NCBI GenBank assembly: GCA_036149055.1
Contig: JAYZQJ010000072.1
Span: 1 to 15,783 of the forward strand
DNA: 15,783 bases
Source: Myxococcota bacterium
Lineage (GTDB): Bacteria > Myxococcota_A > Polyangia > Polyangiales > Sandaracinaceae
Reading direction: 5' to 3'
Position 1 is the stretch's first letter; each line of letters begins with the position of its first letter. Shown one piece after another: positions 1 to 9,783 of this stretch. Below the pieces are notes generated by a model. That model ran no database searches. It was not told where the DNA came from and worked only from the letters and a program-made list of their open reading frames with translations. The position numbers were made by a program, and so were the translations under genes.

Positions 1-1
1 C

Positions 2-937
2 ACGGGCAGGGGCACGGGGGGGTGGGCGGGGGCGTTCGGGGCGGGGGCGTTCGAGGCCTGGCAAGAATTGGTTGGGCGGGTCGGGCATGCGGTGGGGGGG
101 ATCGAGGATTGGATCGATCTGCTCCACGCGCTCCGGGCGCCCGAGCTGGACGATCTCTTCGATCCGGCGCGGCGGTTCCGGCGGCTCGCGCAGCGGTTCG
201 ACGGGATCGGGGGGCGCGAGGTGCTTTCGGCGCGGGCGCGGGTGGTGCAGCCGGCGCGGGCCGGGGTCCGGGGGGCGCGGGTGCTGGCGCTCGACGTGCC
301 GCGGCAGGTGCGGCTCGTGCCGGGTCACGAGCTGGGGCTCGCCTCGGAGCGGGACGCCGCGCTGACCATGGGGCGCGCGCTCGCGATCGCGTGGACGCAC
401 CCGGCGCTGCCGACCCTCGAGGCGTGGCCGCGCGGCGAGACGGTGGGGCGGGCGCTCGGCGGGCTGTTCGCGCACCTGGGCGCGTCGCCGGAGCAGCTCG
501 AGCGCGAGGGCGGGCTGGCGTCGCGGGAGCGGCGGCTGGTGGCCGAGCGAGCGCTCGCGCTCGACGTGTTCTCGCTCCTGACGCGGGGCGCCTGCGCCGA
601 GGTCCGGCCGCACCTCGGGGAGCGCAGCGGGCAGGAGCGCGCGGAGACCGCGCTGCGCGAGGCCTGGGGCGTGGAGCTGCCGCCGGCGCTCGCCGCCTGC
701 CTGACCGCGCACCTCGGGCCTCACCCCGACGCGGCGGCGCGGGCCGAGCGCTGGGTGGCCCCGCTCTTCCTCGCGCTCCGGGAGCGCTACGACGAGGACT
801 GGTGGCGCAACCCGCGGAGCGCCGAGCCGCTGCGCGCCGCCTGCGAGCGGGGGCCGTCGCTCGAGATCGAGGCCTGGGCGGAGGAGCTGGACGCCCCCGC
901 GGACGGCTGGGCGCGGCGCCTGCGCGAGCGGCTCTGA
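2..937 (+). CDS. 5'-truncated M3/oligoendopeptidase-F-like protein, zinc motif degenerate (probable pseudopeptidase)
   Basis: Frame 2 has no stop from position 2 to TGA 935-937, so the true start lies upstream of the window. Segments LDVPRQVRL, LTMGRALAIAW..PALP and LRERYDEDWWRNP recall M3-like peptidase homologs (from memory), but no HExxH is present. Confidence 0.6.
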   Translation, partial: TGRGTGGWAGAFGAGAFEAWQELVGRVGHAVGGIEDWIDLLHALRAPELDDLFDPARRFRRLAQRFDGIGGREVLSARARVVQPARAGVRGARVLALDVPRQVRLVPGHELGLASERDAALTMGRALAIAWTHPALPTLEAWPRGETVGRALGGLFAHLGASPEQLEREGGLASRERRLVAERALALDVFSLLTRGACAEVRPHLGERSGQERAETALREAWGVELPPALAACLTAHLGPHPDAAARAERWVAPLFLALRERYDEDWWRNPRSAEPLRAACERGPSLEIEAWAEELDAPADGWARRLRERL

Positions 938-978
938 CGGAGGCGCCCGGCGGGGATCCGAGCTACGCTCGCCGGCTC

Positions 979-2286
<1,308 letters not shown>

Positions 2287-2319
2287 CGCCCGCCCGAAGC
2301 CGGACTCGCCCCGGGGTCG

Positions 2320-2820
2320 TCAGGGGCAGAAGTCGAAACGGAACCGGAGACCGTAGCGAGCCAGGTCGTCGAGCGCACGTCCGAACGCGTCGAGCTCTTC
2401 GCGAACCGCCTCCTTCAGCTCCGAGGAGCGCTCGTGCGAGGCGACCATCGCGACCGCGGCGCGCGCCACGGAGGAGTCGAACCAGGCGTCGGGGCTCTCG
2501 GAGTAGAAGGCGCGGTGCAGGCTGGGCCGCCCCTCCGCCTCGAGGATCGCGGTGACGGTCTCGTCGTGGAGGAGCGGGCGCCACCCCAGGTTGTCTCCCG
2601 CCCACCGGCACGCGGCGTCGAGCTCCGCCAGCCTCTCCGCGCGGTGCCGCGCGAGCCACCCCCTCAGCAGCGCCGCGCGGATGTGCGGCACCATCTGCGC
2701 GGGGACCGCCCCATCACCGCCCTGCTCCACCCAGGCGGCCGTGATCTCGCTCGACGCCGGCTCCGGGATGTCGAGCCGGTCCAGGTCCTCTTCGACCCGC
2801 AGAACGTACGTGTATCCCAT
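2320..2820 (-). CDS. Hypothetical protein, 166 aa
   Basis: ATG at 2820 is preceded by GGGAGG, so it is preferred over the ORF-track GTG at 2886. Protein-like composition with a helical C-terminus (WFDSSVARAAV...EELDAFGRALDDLARYGLRFRFDF). Convergent with pepP. Confidence 0.7.
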   Translation of the reverse strand: MGYTYVLRVEEDLDRLDIPEPASSEITAAWVEQGGDGAVPAQMVPHIRAALLRGWLARHRAERLAELDAACRWAGDNLGWRPLLHDETVTAILEAEGRPSLHRAFYSESPDAWFDSSVARAAVAMVASHERSSELKEAVREELDAFGRALDDLARYGLRFRFDFCP

Positions 2821-3120
2821 GCGCCTCCCGCCGGATCCTAGCAGCAGCCCGAGTCGTCTCGTGCGGTAGAAGCCGAGCTTGCGCACCGAGAGCGGTGCCC
2901 CAGCACGCCGAGCGTGGGGCTCAGCCCGGCCCGCGTCGTGTGCGACCTGGTGGGCATCCGGCTACGCCGCGCGGCGCTGCCCGGTCGTCGCGGAGGTCCG
3001 CGCGTCCTCGAGCAGGCCTTCCCTTCGCTCCAGCGCGAGCGCCGCACCGTTCTTCGCCGGCGCCCGTCGATCCCACTCGGGCGGCGAACCCGGAACGCCG
3101 CAGCGGGCTCTTCCAGCTGC

Positions 3121-3408
3121 GGCCCCGCATTTCAGAATGTGGTGGCCATCGTTCCGGAACGAGAATCCGAAAAAAATCCGAGCCGCGGGTCGATCTGCGT
3201 ACCTCGAACGATACGGAATCACGAGTTGTCGGCGATTCTCCGGGGATTCGCGCTTGGAGCTCGCTCCGCGAAGCGATTCTGCGGAGAGTCTCGTCCGCGT
3301 TCGCTTCGCTTCCGTGATTTTCGAGCGCGGCTCGACCCGGAACGCGCTTTCCCTCGAATTTTCGAGCGACTTCGCCGAAAAAACGCAACAGGACCGCGAT
3401 TTTTCGGA
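3121..3408. other. AT-richer, hairpin-dense non-coding segment (candidate structured RNA or MITE/REP-like element)
   Basis: At least six stem-loops or palindromes: 3121-3147, 3149-3162, 3264-3286, 3321-3335, 3353-3366, 3375-3407. TCCGAAAAA (3166-3174) is also inverted at 3400-3408. Overlapping ORFs look non-coding. Confidence 0.45.
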
Positions 3409-3456
3409 GTTTGCCAGGAAACCCACCCGTGGACGTCAGCTGTCGTTCGGGGCTGC

Positions 3457-4248
3457 TCAGCCGGCGTCCTCCTCCGACACAAGCGATGGCGGGTGCGGCA
3501 GCCACTCGGGAGCAGTCGGTAGGATGAAGCGGAGCTCGTGACTCCCCGGCGCCACACCGCGCACGCCGGCGTCACACTCGAGGTCGAAACGCGTGCCGTG
3601 AGTCGCCGGAGAACCGATGTCCAGCAGCAGCTTTCCGAGTCGCGCCCGCCCCAGCAGCGAGCACGTAAAGGCGACACTTCCCGCCTCTGAATCGCCGGCG
3701 GCCGCGCCGCCCTCCGCGTCACCGGACGCAGCGGTCACACGCGGCAGGTGGTTGGGCTCCGAGACGTGTCCGCCTACGGCGAACGGGCGTCGCGCTCGTT
3801 CCTCCCACAGGTAGTCGATCCGCGACACTTCGAGCTCGATTCCGCCGCAGTCGTCTCCCAGGTCCACGGGAGTCGGGGGATGGAGGAGAACTTGCCCCGG
3901 TATTCTCCGCGCATCGAACGGAACGTCGGGATCCGTGTCCAGACTGCCAGCGTTCTGCAGGGCTATGCCCACGTGATGCCGTGCCCCGTGCAGCACCTGC
4001 CCCAGCACGACGAGCCCGAGCGCGGTCAGCGCGCGCCGGGTGCCGAAGACGTCGATCCGCGGAATCGAGAACCCATGGTCGTATCGGTGCGTGACCACCT
4101 CACACACCAGCTCGCGTGAGACGAGCCGGCTCGGGGGCGGCTGCAGCATGGTCGCGTCGAGCCTCCTCGACGCCCAGCTGTCCGAACCCGGGACTGGCCC
4201 GAGCGACTCGAGCAGGACCGGTTCTTCGTCGTTCTCGCCCGAAGCCAT
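3457..4248 (-). CDS. Hypothetical protein, 263 aa (possibly immunity-protein-like)
   Basis: ATG start and protein-like composition. Two internally similar segments: FGTRRALTALGLVVL and TCSLLGRARLGKLLLDIG. C-terminal motif FDLECDAGVRGVAPGSHELRFILP. Confidence 0.7.
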   Translation of the reverse strand: MASGENDEEPVLLESLGPVPGSDSWASRRLDATMLQPPPSRLVSRELVCEVVTHRYDHGFSIPRIDVFGTRRALTALGLVVLGQVLHGARHHVGIALQNAGSLDTDPDVPFDARRIPGQVLLHPPTPVDLGDDCGGIELEVSRIDYLWEERARRPFAVGGHVSEPNHLPRVTAASGDAEGGAAAGDSEAGSVAFTCSLLGRARLGKLLLDIGSPATHGTRFDLECDAGVRGVAPGSHELRFILPTAPEWLPHPPSLVSEEDAG

Positions 4249-4336
4249 CTGTGGAACCGCCGCCCGAGTCTACGGGCTCGCGCCCTGCGAATGTCGCGAG
4301 ATCGGACGCTTGGGGGAGCGCCGGTGTTCGTTCTGG

Positions 4337-5551
4337 CTAGCCCTCGGAGAAGAGCTCCTCGAGCACGACCACGTCGACCCGGCCGACGTCTCGCTTCCGC
4401 ACGCCATGGAGGACGATCTGCACGTGGTAGCCGTCCGAGTCGAAGGAGATGCCGGGCACCAGGACACCACGCTCGGCCAGCGCCTCGTCCAGCTCGTCCA
4501 GCACCGAGCGAGGGACCTCGTCGGGGTCGCCGCCGCCGGGCGCCCAGAAGCGGAGCGCCCCATCCGCCGCGATGTCGTAGAACGTCGTCGCGTAGAGGAG
4601 CACGCCCCGACACTCCAGCCGCTTCGCGGCCTCCGCGGCGAGCAGCTCCAGCTCCCTCGTCTGACGAACCGGCGCGCCCACCTGGAGGGGGACGAAGGAC
4701 CACGGGAGGCCCTTCAGCTCGAACACGAAGTACAGCCGCTCCGAGTCCACCACCAGACGTCTGGCCACGTCCTCCTCCCGCCGCGGGGCGGACTCGAGGT
4801 CCGCGAGCACCGCCGAGACGCGCTCGACCTCGGCGTCGAGGAGCAGGATCGCCCAGTCGGGATCGCTCGACCGGTAGAGGGACCGCAGCGCGCCGACGCC
4901 TCGGTCGCTGGCGGGGTCGAGCATCGGCTTGCGGCGACGGCACACCAGCGTGCTCCCCTTGCGTCCGCGCGCCGCATCCCGCGCCGCGAACCAGAGGGTG
5001 CGCAGCACCTCGCCCTCAGGGTCCAGCGGTCGACCCCGGACCGAGGCCGCGGCACGGAGCGGCGTCTCTCCCAGCTCCGAGACCGCCAGCGGATCCGCCC
5101 CCGCGTCGAGCAGCATCTGGACGATACGCAGATCTCCGTCAGCCGCAGCGAACATGAGCGGGGTGAGCCCCGCTTGCCTGGGGATGTTCGGGTCGGCCCC
5201 CCCGGCGAGCAGGGTACGCACCATGGCGTCATCCCCATTCATTACGGCGGAACAGAGCGCGGTCTCTCTCTCGTCGGGATCGGAGACGTGGGCTCCGGGG
5301 ACGAAGACGAGGTTCGGGTCGGCTCCGATGGCCAGCAGCACGGCGACGAGCCGCTCCGAGCGGAGCTCGGCGGCGTGGTAGATCAGCGGGTTCGGGCCGG
5401 CGGCTTCCAGATGGAACGTGTTCGGATCCGTGCCGAGCCCCGACTCCTCGATCATCGCCGCCAGCTCGTCCCCGACGCCGCGAGCCGGAGGTCGGCTGAT
5501 AGCGTCGGCCACCCGCCTGAGAACGTCATGCTCCGCTGTCATCGCGGACAC
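4337..5551 (-). CDS. Ankyrin-repeat protein with uncharacterised C-terminal domain
   Basis: Three to four ankyrin repeats: PLIYHAAE..LLAIGADPN, ETALCSAV..LLAGGADPN, LTPLMFAA..LLDAGADP, ETPLRAAA. Start is GTG 5551 or ATG 5542. Confidence 0.88.
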   Translation of the reverse strand: MSAMTAEHDVLRRVADAISRPPARGVGDELAAMIEESGLGTDPNTFHLEAAGPNPLIYHAAELRSERLVAVLLAIGADPNLVFVPGAHVSDPDERETALCSAVMNGDDAMVRTLLAGGADPNIPRQAGLTPLMFAAADGDLRIVQMLLDAGADPLAVSELGETPLRAAASVRGRPLDPEGEVLRTLWFAARDAARGRKGSTLVCRRRKPMLDPASDRGVGALRSLYRSSDPDWAILLLDAEVERVSAVLADLESAPRREEDVARRLVVDSERLYFVFELKGLPWSFVPLQVGAPVRQTRELELLAAEAAKRLECRGVLLYATTFYDIAADGALRFWAPGGGDPDEVPRSVLDELDEALAERGVLVPGISFDSDGYHVQIVLHGVRKRDVGRVDVVVLEELFSEG

Positions 5552-5593
5552 ACTACATCATCAAGAGTCCTGAACGTCGCGGGACCCGGACGC

Positions 5594-6181
5594 CTACGAC
5601 CGCGCCGCGCGCTCGCTCAGCTCGCGCATGCGAGCCGCGATGGCGAGATAGAAGGCGTGTGAAGCCACCTGCACGGAGGGAAGGCGCATTCCTTCGCTCA
5701 GGTCCAGCGAGGTCGCCCGCGCGGGAGCGGTGAATCGGTCCTTGGTCTTCTCCCCCCACGTGCGGCCCCAGTGCTCGGGGTGAAACCGAGCCCAGGCGGT
5801 CAGGCCGTAGCTGTTCCCCGACCCGAACACGACTCGAAACCCCGTCTCGGCAGAGATGTGGTCCGGGTGGGCCGAGGCGAGGATCAGAGCGGCAGACATC
5901 AGGTTGTTGGCCCCCCCACTGGCACGGTCGTGGACACGGTCGCCCTCGCTCACGCCCGCCCTCAGCAAGCCGGCGACCCACGGGACCGCGTGATGGTCGG
6001 GATAGCAGGCGCGGAAGGCGCTCCACGCGAGCCACACCGCCGACGTGCCCAGCGCGTGCCGCTCCGCGGGGGAGCGCGTCTCGAGGTCGCCCATCAGCTC
6101 GTCGATCATGTCTCGCGGATGCGTCGAGGGGATCACCGTCTGGAGCGCTCGCTCGAGTCGAAAGGTCGGGGCGTTCGTCAT
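5594..6181 (-). CDS. Hypothetical all-helical protein, 195 aa (possibly immunity-protein-like)
   Basis: ATG start, fills the gap between yggS and the ankyrin gene on the same strand. Motifs AFRACYPDHHAVPW, GANNLMSA and WARFHPEHW. Confidence 0.65.
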   Translation of the reverse strand: MTNAPTFRLERALQTVIPSTHPRDMIDELMGDLETRSPAERHALGTSAVWLAWSAFRACYPDHHAVPWVAGLLRAGVSEGDRVHDRASGGANNLMSAALILASAHPDHISAETGFRVVFGSGNSYGLTAWARFHPEHWGRTWGEKTKDRFTAPARATSLDLSEGMRLPSVQVASHAFYLAIAARMRELSERAARS

Positions 6182-6243
6182 CGGACACCCGACACTCGAC
6201 CGATCTCCGCTTCGAGCGCAACCCTTCTAGTCTCCACCGCGCG

Positions 6244-6912
6244 TCAGGGGCGGGCGCCGAAGATGGCGGTGCCGACGCGGACGATGGTGGCGCCTTCGGC
6301 GACGGCGGCCTCGAGGTCGGCGCTCATGCCCATCGAGAGCTCCTTCAACCCACGGTCCTCGGCGAGGCGGCGGAGCGCCGCGAAGTGGGGGCGCGCGTCG
6401 TCGGGGTCGTCGGTCGCCGGCGGGATCGTCATCAGGCCGCGCACGTCGAGGTGGGCGGCGCCGCGGATCGCGGCGAGGATGGCGTCGAGCTCGGTCGGCT
6501 CGCAGCCGGACTTCTGCGCCTCGCCGCCCACGTTCACCTGCACGAGGACCGGCATGACCAGGCCGGCGGCCCGGGCCCGCTTGTCGAGCTCCGCCGCGAG
6601 GCGCTCGGAGTCCACCGTCTCCACCACCACGCCGGGGCGCGCGAGGAGCTTGGCCTTGTTGCGCTGGAGGTGGCCGATGAAGCGCCACTCGACGCCCTCG
6701 AGGTCGGCGGCGGCGTCGGCCTTCGAGGCGAGCTCCTGCACGTAGTTCTCGCCGAAGACGCGCTGCCCGGCCTCCCAGGCCTCGCGCACCCGCTCGACGG
6801 GGTGACGCTTGGAGACCGCGACCAGGGTGACGTCGGCGGGGTCGCGGCCGGCGCGCGCGCACGCGGCGACGATCCGCTCCCGCACCCGGGCGAGCCCGTC
6901 GCGCACGCTCAC
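6244..6912 (-). CDS. yggS: PLP homeostasis protein, YggS/PLPBP family
   Basis: VAVSK (PLP lysine), FGENYVQE, FIGHLQRNK, GLMTIP, LSMGMSAD, VRVGTAIFG. GTGA overlap with the maf stop (6909-6912). Confidence 0.95.
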   Translation of the reverse strand: MSVRDGLARVRERIVAACARAGRDPADVTLVAVSKRHPVERVREAWEAGQRVFGENYVQELASKADAAADLEGVEWRFIGHLQRNKAKLLARPGVVVETVDSERLAAELDKRARAAGLVMPVLVQVNVGGEAQKSGCEPTELDAILAAIRGAAHLDVRGLMTIPPATDDPDDARPHFAALRRLAEDRGLKELSMGMSADLEAAVAEGATIVRVGTAIFGARP

Positions 6913-7487
6913 GGCCAGGCTCCGAGCGCGCCGTGGCGCTCGAGGAGGAGCACGGTCTCGTGCGCGGGGAGGCCCACGACGTTGGCGTAGGACCCCTCGA
7001 TGCGCTCGACCAGCCCCGCGCCGATGCCCTGCACGCCGTAGGCGCCCGCCTTGTCGAGGCCCTCCCCGGTCGCCGCGTAGCGCGCGATGCGCTCCTGGCT
7101 CAGCGCGGCAAAACGCACCCGGGTGGTCACCGCGAGGGTCTCGACCGCGATCCCGTCGCGCGCGAGGGCGACGCCGGTGATGACCTCGTGCCAGCGCCCC
7201 GAGAGGCGGCCGATCATGGCCCGCGCCTCGGCCTCGTCGGCGGGCTTGCCGAGCGCCGCGCCGTCGAGCACGACGACGGTGTCGGCGCCGAGGACCGCGT
7301 CCGACGGGCGACGCGCCGAGACCTCGCGGGCCTTGTCCGCGGCGAGGCGGAGGGCGAGCTCGCGCGGCGCCTCTCCGTCGCGCGGCGCCTCCTCGGCGCG
7401 GCTCGGATCCACCTCGAAGGCGAGGCCCAGGGTCTCGAGGATCTCGCGCCGCCGGGGCGACGCCGACGCCAGAACCAGCGACGTCAC
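6909..7487 (-). CDS. maf: Maf nucleoside triphosphate pyrophosphatase (YhdE-type, dTTP/UTP)
   Basis: LVLASASPRR, LGADTVV, LGKP, LSGRWHEVITG, DKAGAYGVQG, IEGSYANVVGLP. GTGA overlaps on both sides. Confidence 0.95.
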   Translation of the reverse strand: MTSLVLASASPRRREILETLGLAFEVDPSRAEEAPRDGEAPRELALRLAADKAREVSARRPSDAVLGADTVVVLDGAALGKPADEAEARAMIGRLSGRWHEVITGVALARDGIAVETLAVTTRVRFAALSQERIARYAATGEGLDKAGAYGVQGIGAGLVERIEGSYANVVGLPAHETVLLLERHGALGAWP

Positions 7488-9082
7488 GCCTGGCCTCGCT
7501 CCTCGAGGAAGCGGCGGTAGCGCTTCACGTAGGTGCGGCTGACCTGGGCCGCGTCGAGGCGGAGGAACTTCGCCAGCTCGGTCACGAAGCCGCGCACGTA
7601 GACCGGGGCCGGCAGGAGCGCGAAGGAGTCGCCCTCGATCGCCTCCAGGTAGCTGAGCCCGACCTTGGTGCGCGCGCTGATGTCGCGCAGCTCCACGCCC
7701 TGCGACTCGCGCACCTGCCGGATGAGCGGGCCGGAGAACTCGGTGTCGGGCGTGATCGGCGGCGGCGGCGGCAGGTCGGCGGCGCGACGCGAGGCGCTCG
7801 GGCTCTCCTCGCGCTCCTCCTCCTCGATGGGGAAGACGCTCAGCTCGTAGGGGCGGCGCCGCGCGGGGTCGAGCAGGACGTCGAACGCCTCCTCGAGCCG
7901 GGTGCGCACCTTGTCGAGCTCGTCGGCGGTGAAGAGCCCGTAGCAGGCGAGCGCCTCGATCGAGTAGATCTCGCGCATCCGCTTGAAGGCGCGCCGCACC
8001 TCCTCGTCGGTCGCGCCGCGCTCCACCTCGAGCAGGTCGTGGTGGCTCTCCGGCGGCACCGTGCGCTCGCGTCGACGGCGCGCCTTGCCCGACTCCAGGC
8101 TGAGCAGGCGCCGCGCGATCTTCTCCACGCTCTTGGCGCTCTTGCTGCCCGGGCTCTCGATGAGCAGCAGGCGGCGGGTGCGGACGCAGCTCCAGACCGT
8201 GTCGTCGTAGTCGATGTGCCCGAGGTAATCGATGCCGAAGCCGAGGCGACGCCGGCCGGCCGAGCGCATCGCCTCGCCGAGCTCCAGGTCCGCGCGCAGC
8301 CGGGTCTGGTTCAGGACCACCGCCGGCGAGAACGACTCCATCCAGTCGCGCACCGACTCGGCGAGGGGATCGCCGTCGTCCTCGAGGCGACGCCAGAGAT
8401 CGAGCGGCGACGGCGCCCCGCCCAGCTCCCGGACCTTGCCGATCAGCTCGCGGCGCGTCCGGTCGTCGTCGACCGCGCGGCGCAGGAAGCGCACGAAGGC
8501 GTGCCGCATGAACCGGTAGGTGTTGTCGATCGCGGTGGGCTCGGGGAGCGTGACGAAGACCGCCAGGTCGGCCCCGAGGTGGAAGTCGATGAGGGTGCTC
8601 GAGGTCCCGGAGCCGATGTCGGCGACGACGTAGTCGGCGTCCAGCGATCGCAGGAGCGGCGCCAGCTGCGCCCGGCGGGTCCGGCGGGTCTCCCCGCGCG
8701 GGGGCACGTCGAGCCCGGCGTGGAAGAGCGAGAGGCCGGGGACCGGCGTGTCGAGCAGCGGCAGGCGCTCGTCCTCGCCGTCGCCGTCGTCGAGGCTGGG
8801 GGGCGCCGGCATCCAGGGCCGCGGCCGCTCGACGCCGAGCATGGTGTGGAGGTTCGCGCCCCCGACGTCGGCGTCGGCGAGCACCACCTTCCGGCCGATG
8901 GAGGCCAGGTACACGGCCAGGTTGGAGGCGAGCATGCTCTTGCCCACCCCACCCTTCGCGCCGCTGACCGACAGCACCTTGGGCACGCGCCGCGGCGCCT
9001 GCTCCTCGGGCTCGTCGCCCGGCTCCCGGAACAGGACCACCTCGGTGTCCTCGATGGACAGCTCTTCGACCTCGTCCGACAT
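7484..9082 (-). CDS. MinD/FlhG(FleN)-family ATPase fused to a J-like domain lacking HPD and a RodZ-type (HTH_25) helix-turn-helix
   Basis: Deviant Walker A GAKGGVGKS (aa 41-49), DADVGGANL, Walker B YVVADIGSG, FlhG-like VTLPEPTAI. aa ~346-413 are J-like (HHDLLEVERGATDEEVRRAF...EEAFDVLLDPARRRPYE). aa ~450-512 are a RodZ-like HTH (GPLIRQVRE...TKVGLSYLEAIE...LPAPVYVRGFV). Confidence 0.88.
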   Translation of the reverse strand: MSDEVEELSIEDTEVVLFREPGDEPEEQAPRRVPKVLSVSGAKGGVGKSMLASNLAVYLASIGRKVVLADADVGGANLHTMLGVERPRPWMPAPPSLDDGDGEDERLPLLDTPVPGLSLFHAGLDVPPRGETRRTRRAQLAPLLRSLDADYVVADIGSGTSSTLIDFHLGADLAVFVTLPEPTAIDNTYRFMRHAFVRFLRRAVDDDRTRRELIGKVRELGGAPSPLDLWRRLEDDGDPLAESVRDWMESFSPAVVLNQTRLRADLELGEAMRSAGRRRLGFGIDYLGHIDYDDTVWSCVRTRRLLLIESPGSKSAKSVEKIARRLLSLESGKARRRRERTVPPESHHDLLEVERGATDEEVRRAFKRMREIYSIEALACYGLFTADELDKVRTRLEEAFDVLLDPARRRPYELSVFPIEEEEREESPSASRRAADLPPPPPITPDTEFSGPLIRQVRESQGVELRDISARTKVGLSYLEAIEGDSFALLPAPVYVRGFVTELAKFLRLDAAQVSRTYVKRYRRFLEERGQA

Positions 9083-9142
9083 GCGGCGAGGCGCGGTCTA
9101 CCGGTACATCCCCCGGCCCGCAACCAGCATGCGAGGGTCAGG

Positions 9143-9763
9143 TCACTCGGCGGCCTCGGGCGTGTCCACCGCGCCGAGGAACGGCTCCCACTCCACGTAC
9201 CGTCGGCGCCGGGCGGCGAGCGAGAGCGCCATGCTCCAGCTCGGGCGCACCGGCCGCTTGTGCAGCCGCATCCCCGCCTCGTCCGGCGTCGCCCAGCCCT
9301 TGCGCAGGTTGCACGTCCGGCAGGAGGTCACGAGGTTCTCCCAGGTCGACCGCCCGCCGCGCGACCGGGGGATGACGTGGTCGAGGTTGAGCTCCTTGAG
9401 CCCGGGCCGACCGCCGCAGTACTGGCAGCAGAAGTCGTCCCGCATGTAGACGTGGCGCCGCGACAGGCGCAGGGGCGCGCGCGGGACCCGGTTGTAGCCC
9501 TCGAGCAGCAGCACCCGCGGGATCGGGATCGCGCCGCGGGGCGTGCCGATCGCCTCGTCGTGCGCCGCCAGCTCGCGGCGGGCCCAGGCGGCGAAGTCGT
9601 GCGGCTCGTACGCCCGGTCGAGCGCGCGGGCCCGGCCGTGGAACAGCATCGAGAAGCCGGTCTTCGCGTCCGTGATGCGCACCGGCTGGTAGTTCTTGTT
9701 CAGGACGAGCACCGGCGACCGCAGCCCGGTCCGCTCGCCTCCCCGTATTCTTCCACCCTCCAT
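9143..9763 (-). CDS. HNH endonuclease (McrA/HNH_5-like)
   Basis: VLVLNKNYQP, IPRVLLL, RDDFCCQYCG, LDHVIPRSRGG, WENLVTSCRTCNLRKG. Start is ATG 9763 (GAGGG upstream) or GTG 9796, which overlaps the kinase stop. Confidence 0.92.
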   Translation of the reverse strand: MEGGRIRGGERTGLRSPVLVLNKNYQPVRITDAKTGFSMLFHGRARALDRAYEPHDFAAWARRELAAHDEAIGTPRGAIPIPRVLLLEGYNRVPRAPLRLSRRHVYMRDDFCCQYCGGRPGLKELNLDHVIPRSRGGRSTWENLVTSCRTCNLRKGWATPDEAGMRLHKRPVRPSWSMALSLAARRRRYVEWEPFLGAVDTPEAAE

Positions 9764-9783
9764 CGTCGCCGTTCCCTCACCGT

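Noticed and set aside
1..60. G-rich repeats (GCGGGGGCGTTCG x2), possible G-quadruplex
   Set aside because: Lies in an open coding frame at the window edge. It may be a low-complexity linker or poor end-of-contig consensus.
22..978. N-terminal 319-aa extension of pepP in the 754-aa ORF
   Set aside because: Arg/Gly/Ala-rich off-frame read of the upstream gene. PepP homology starts at ATG 979.
2821..3541. Overlapping ORFs 2879-3541, 2914-3522, 2921-3505, 2962-3426
   Set aside because: Arg/Ser-rich, mutually overlapping and running across the hairpin-rich segment. A decayed gene fragment at 2821-3120 cannot be excluded.
2320..6243. Integron cassette array explanation for the accessory block
   Set aside because: The spacers share no RYYYAAC...GTTRRRY attC structure or common sequence, and no integrase is in view.
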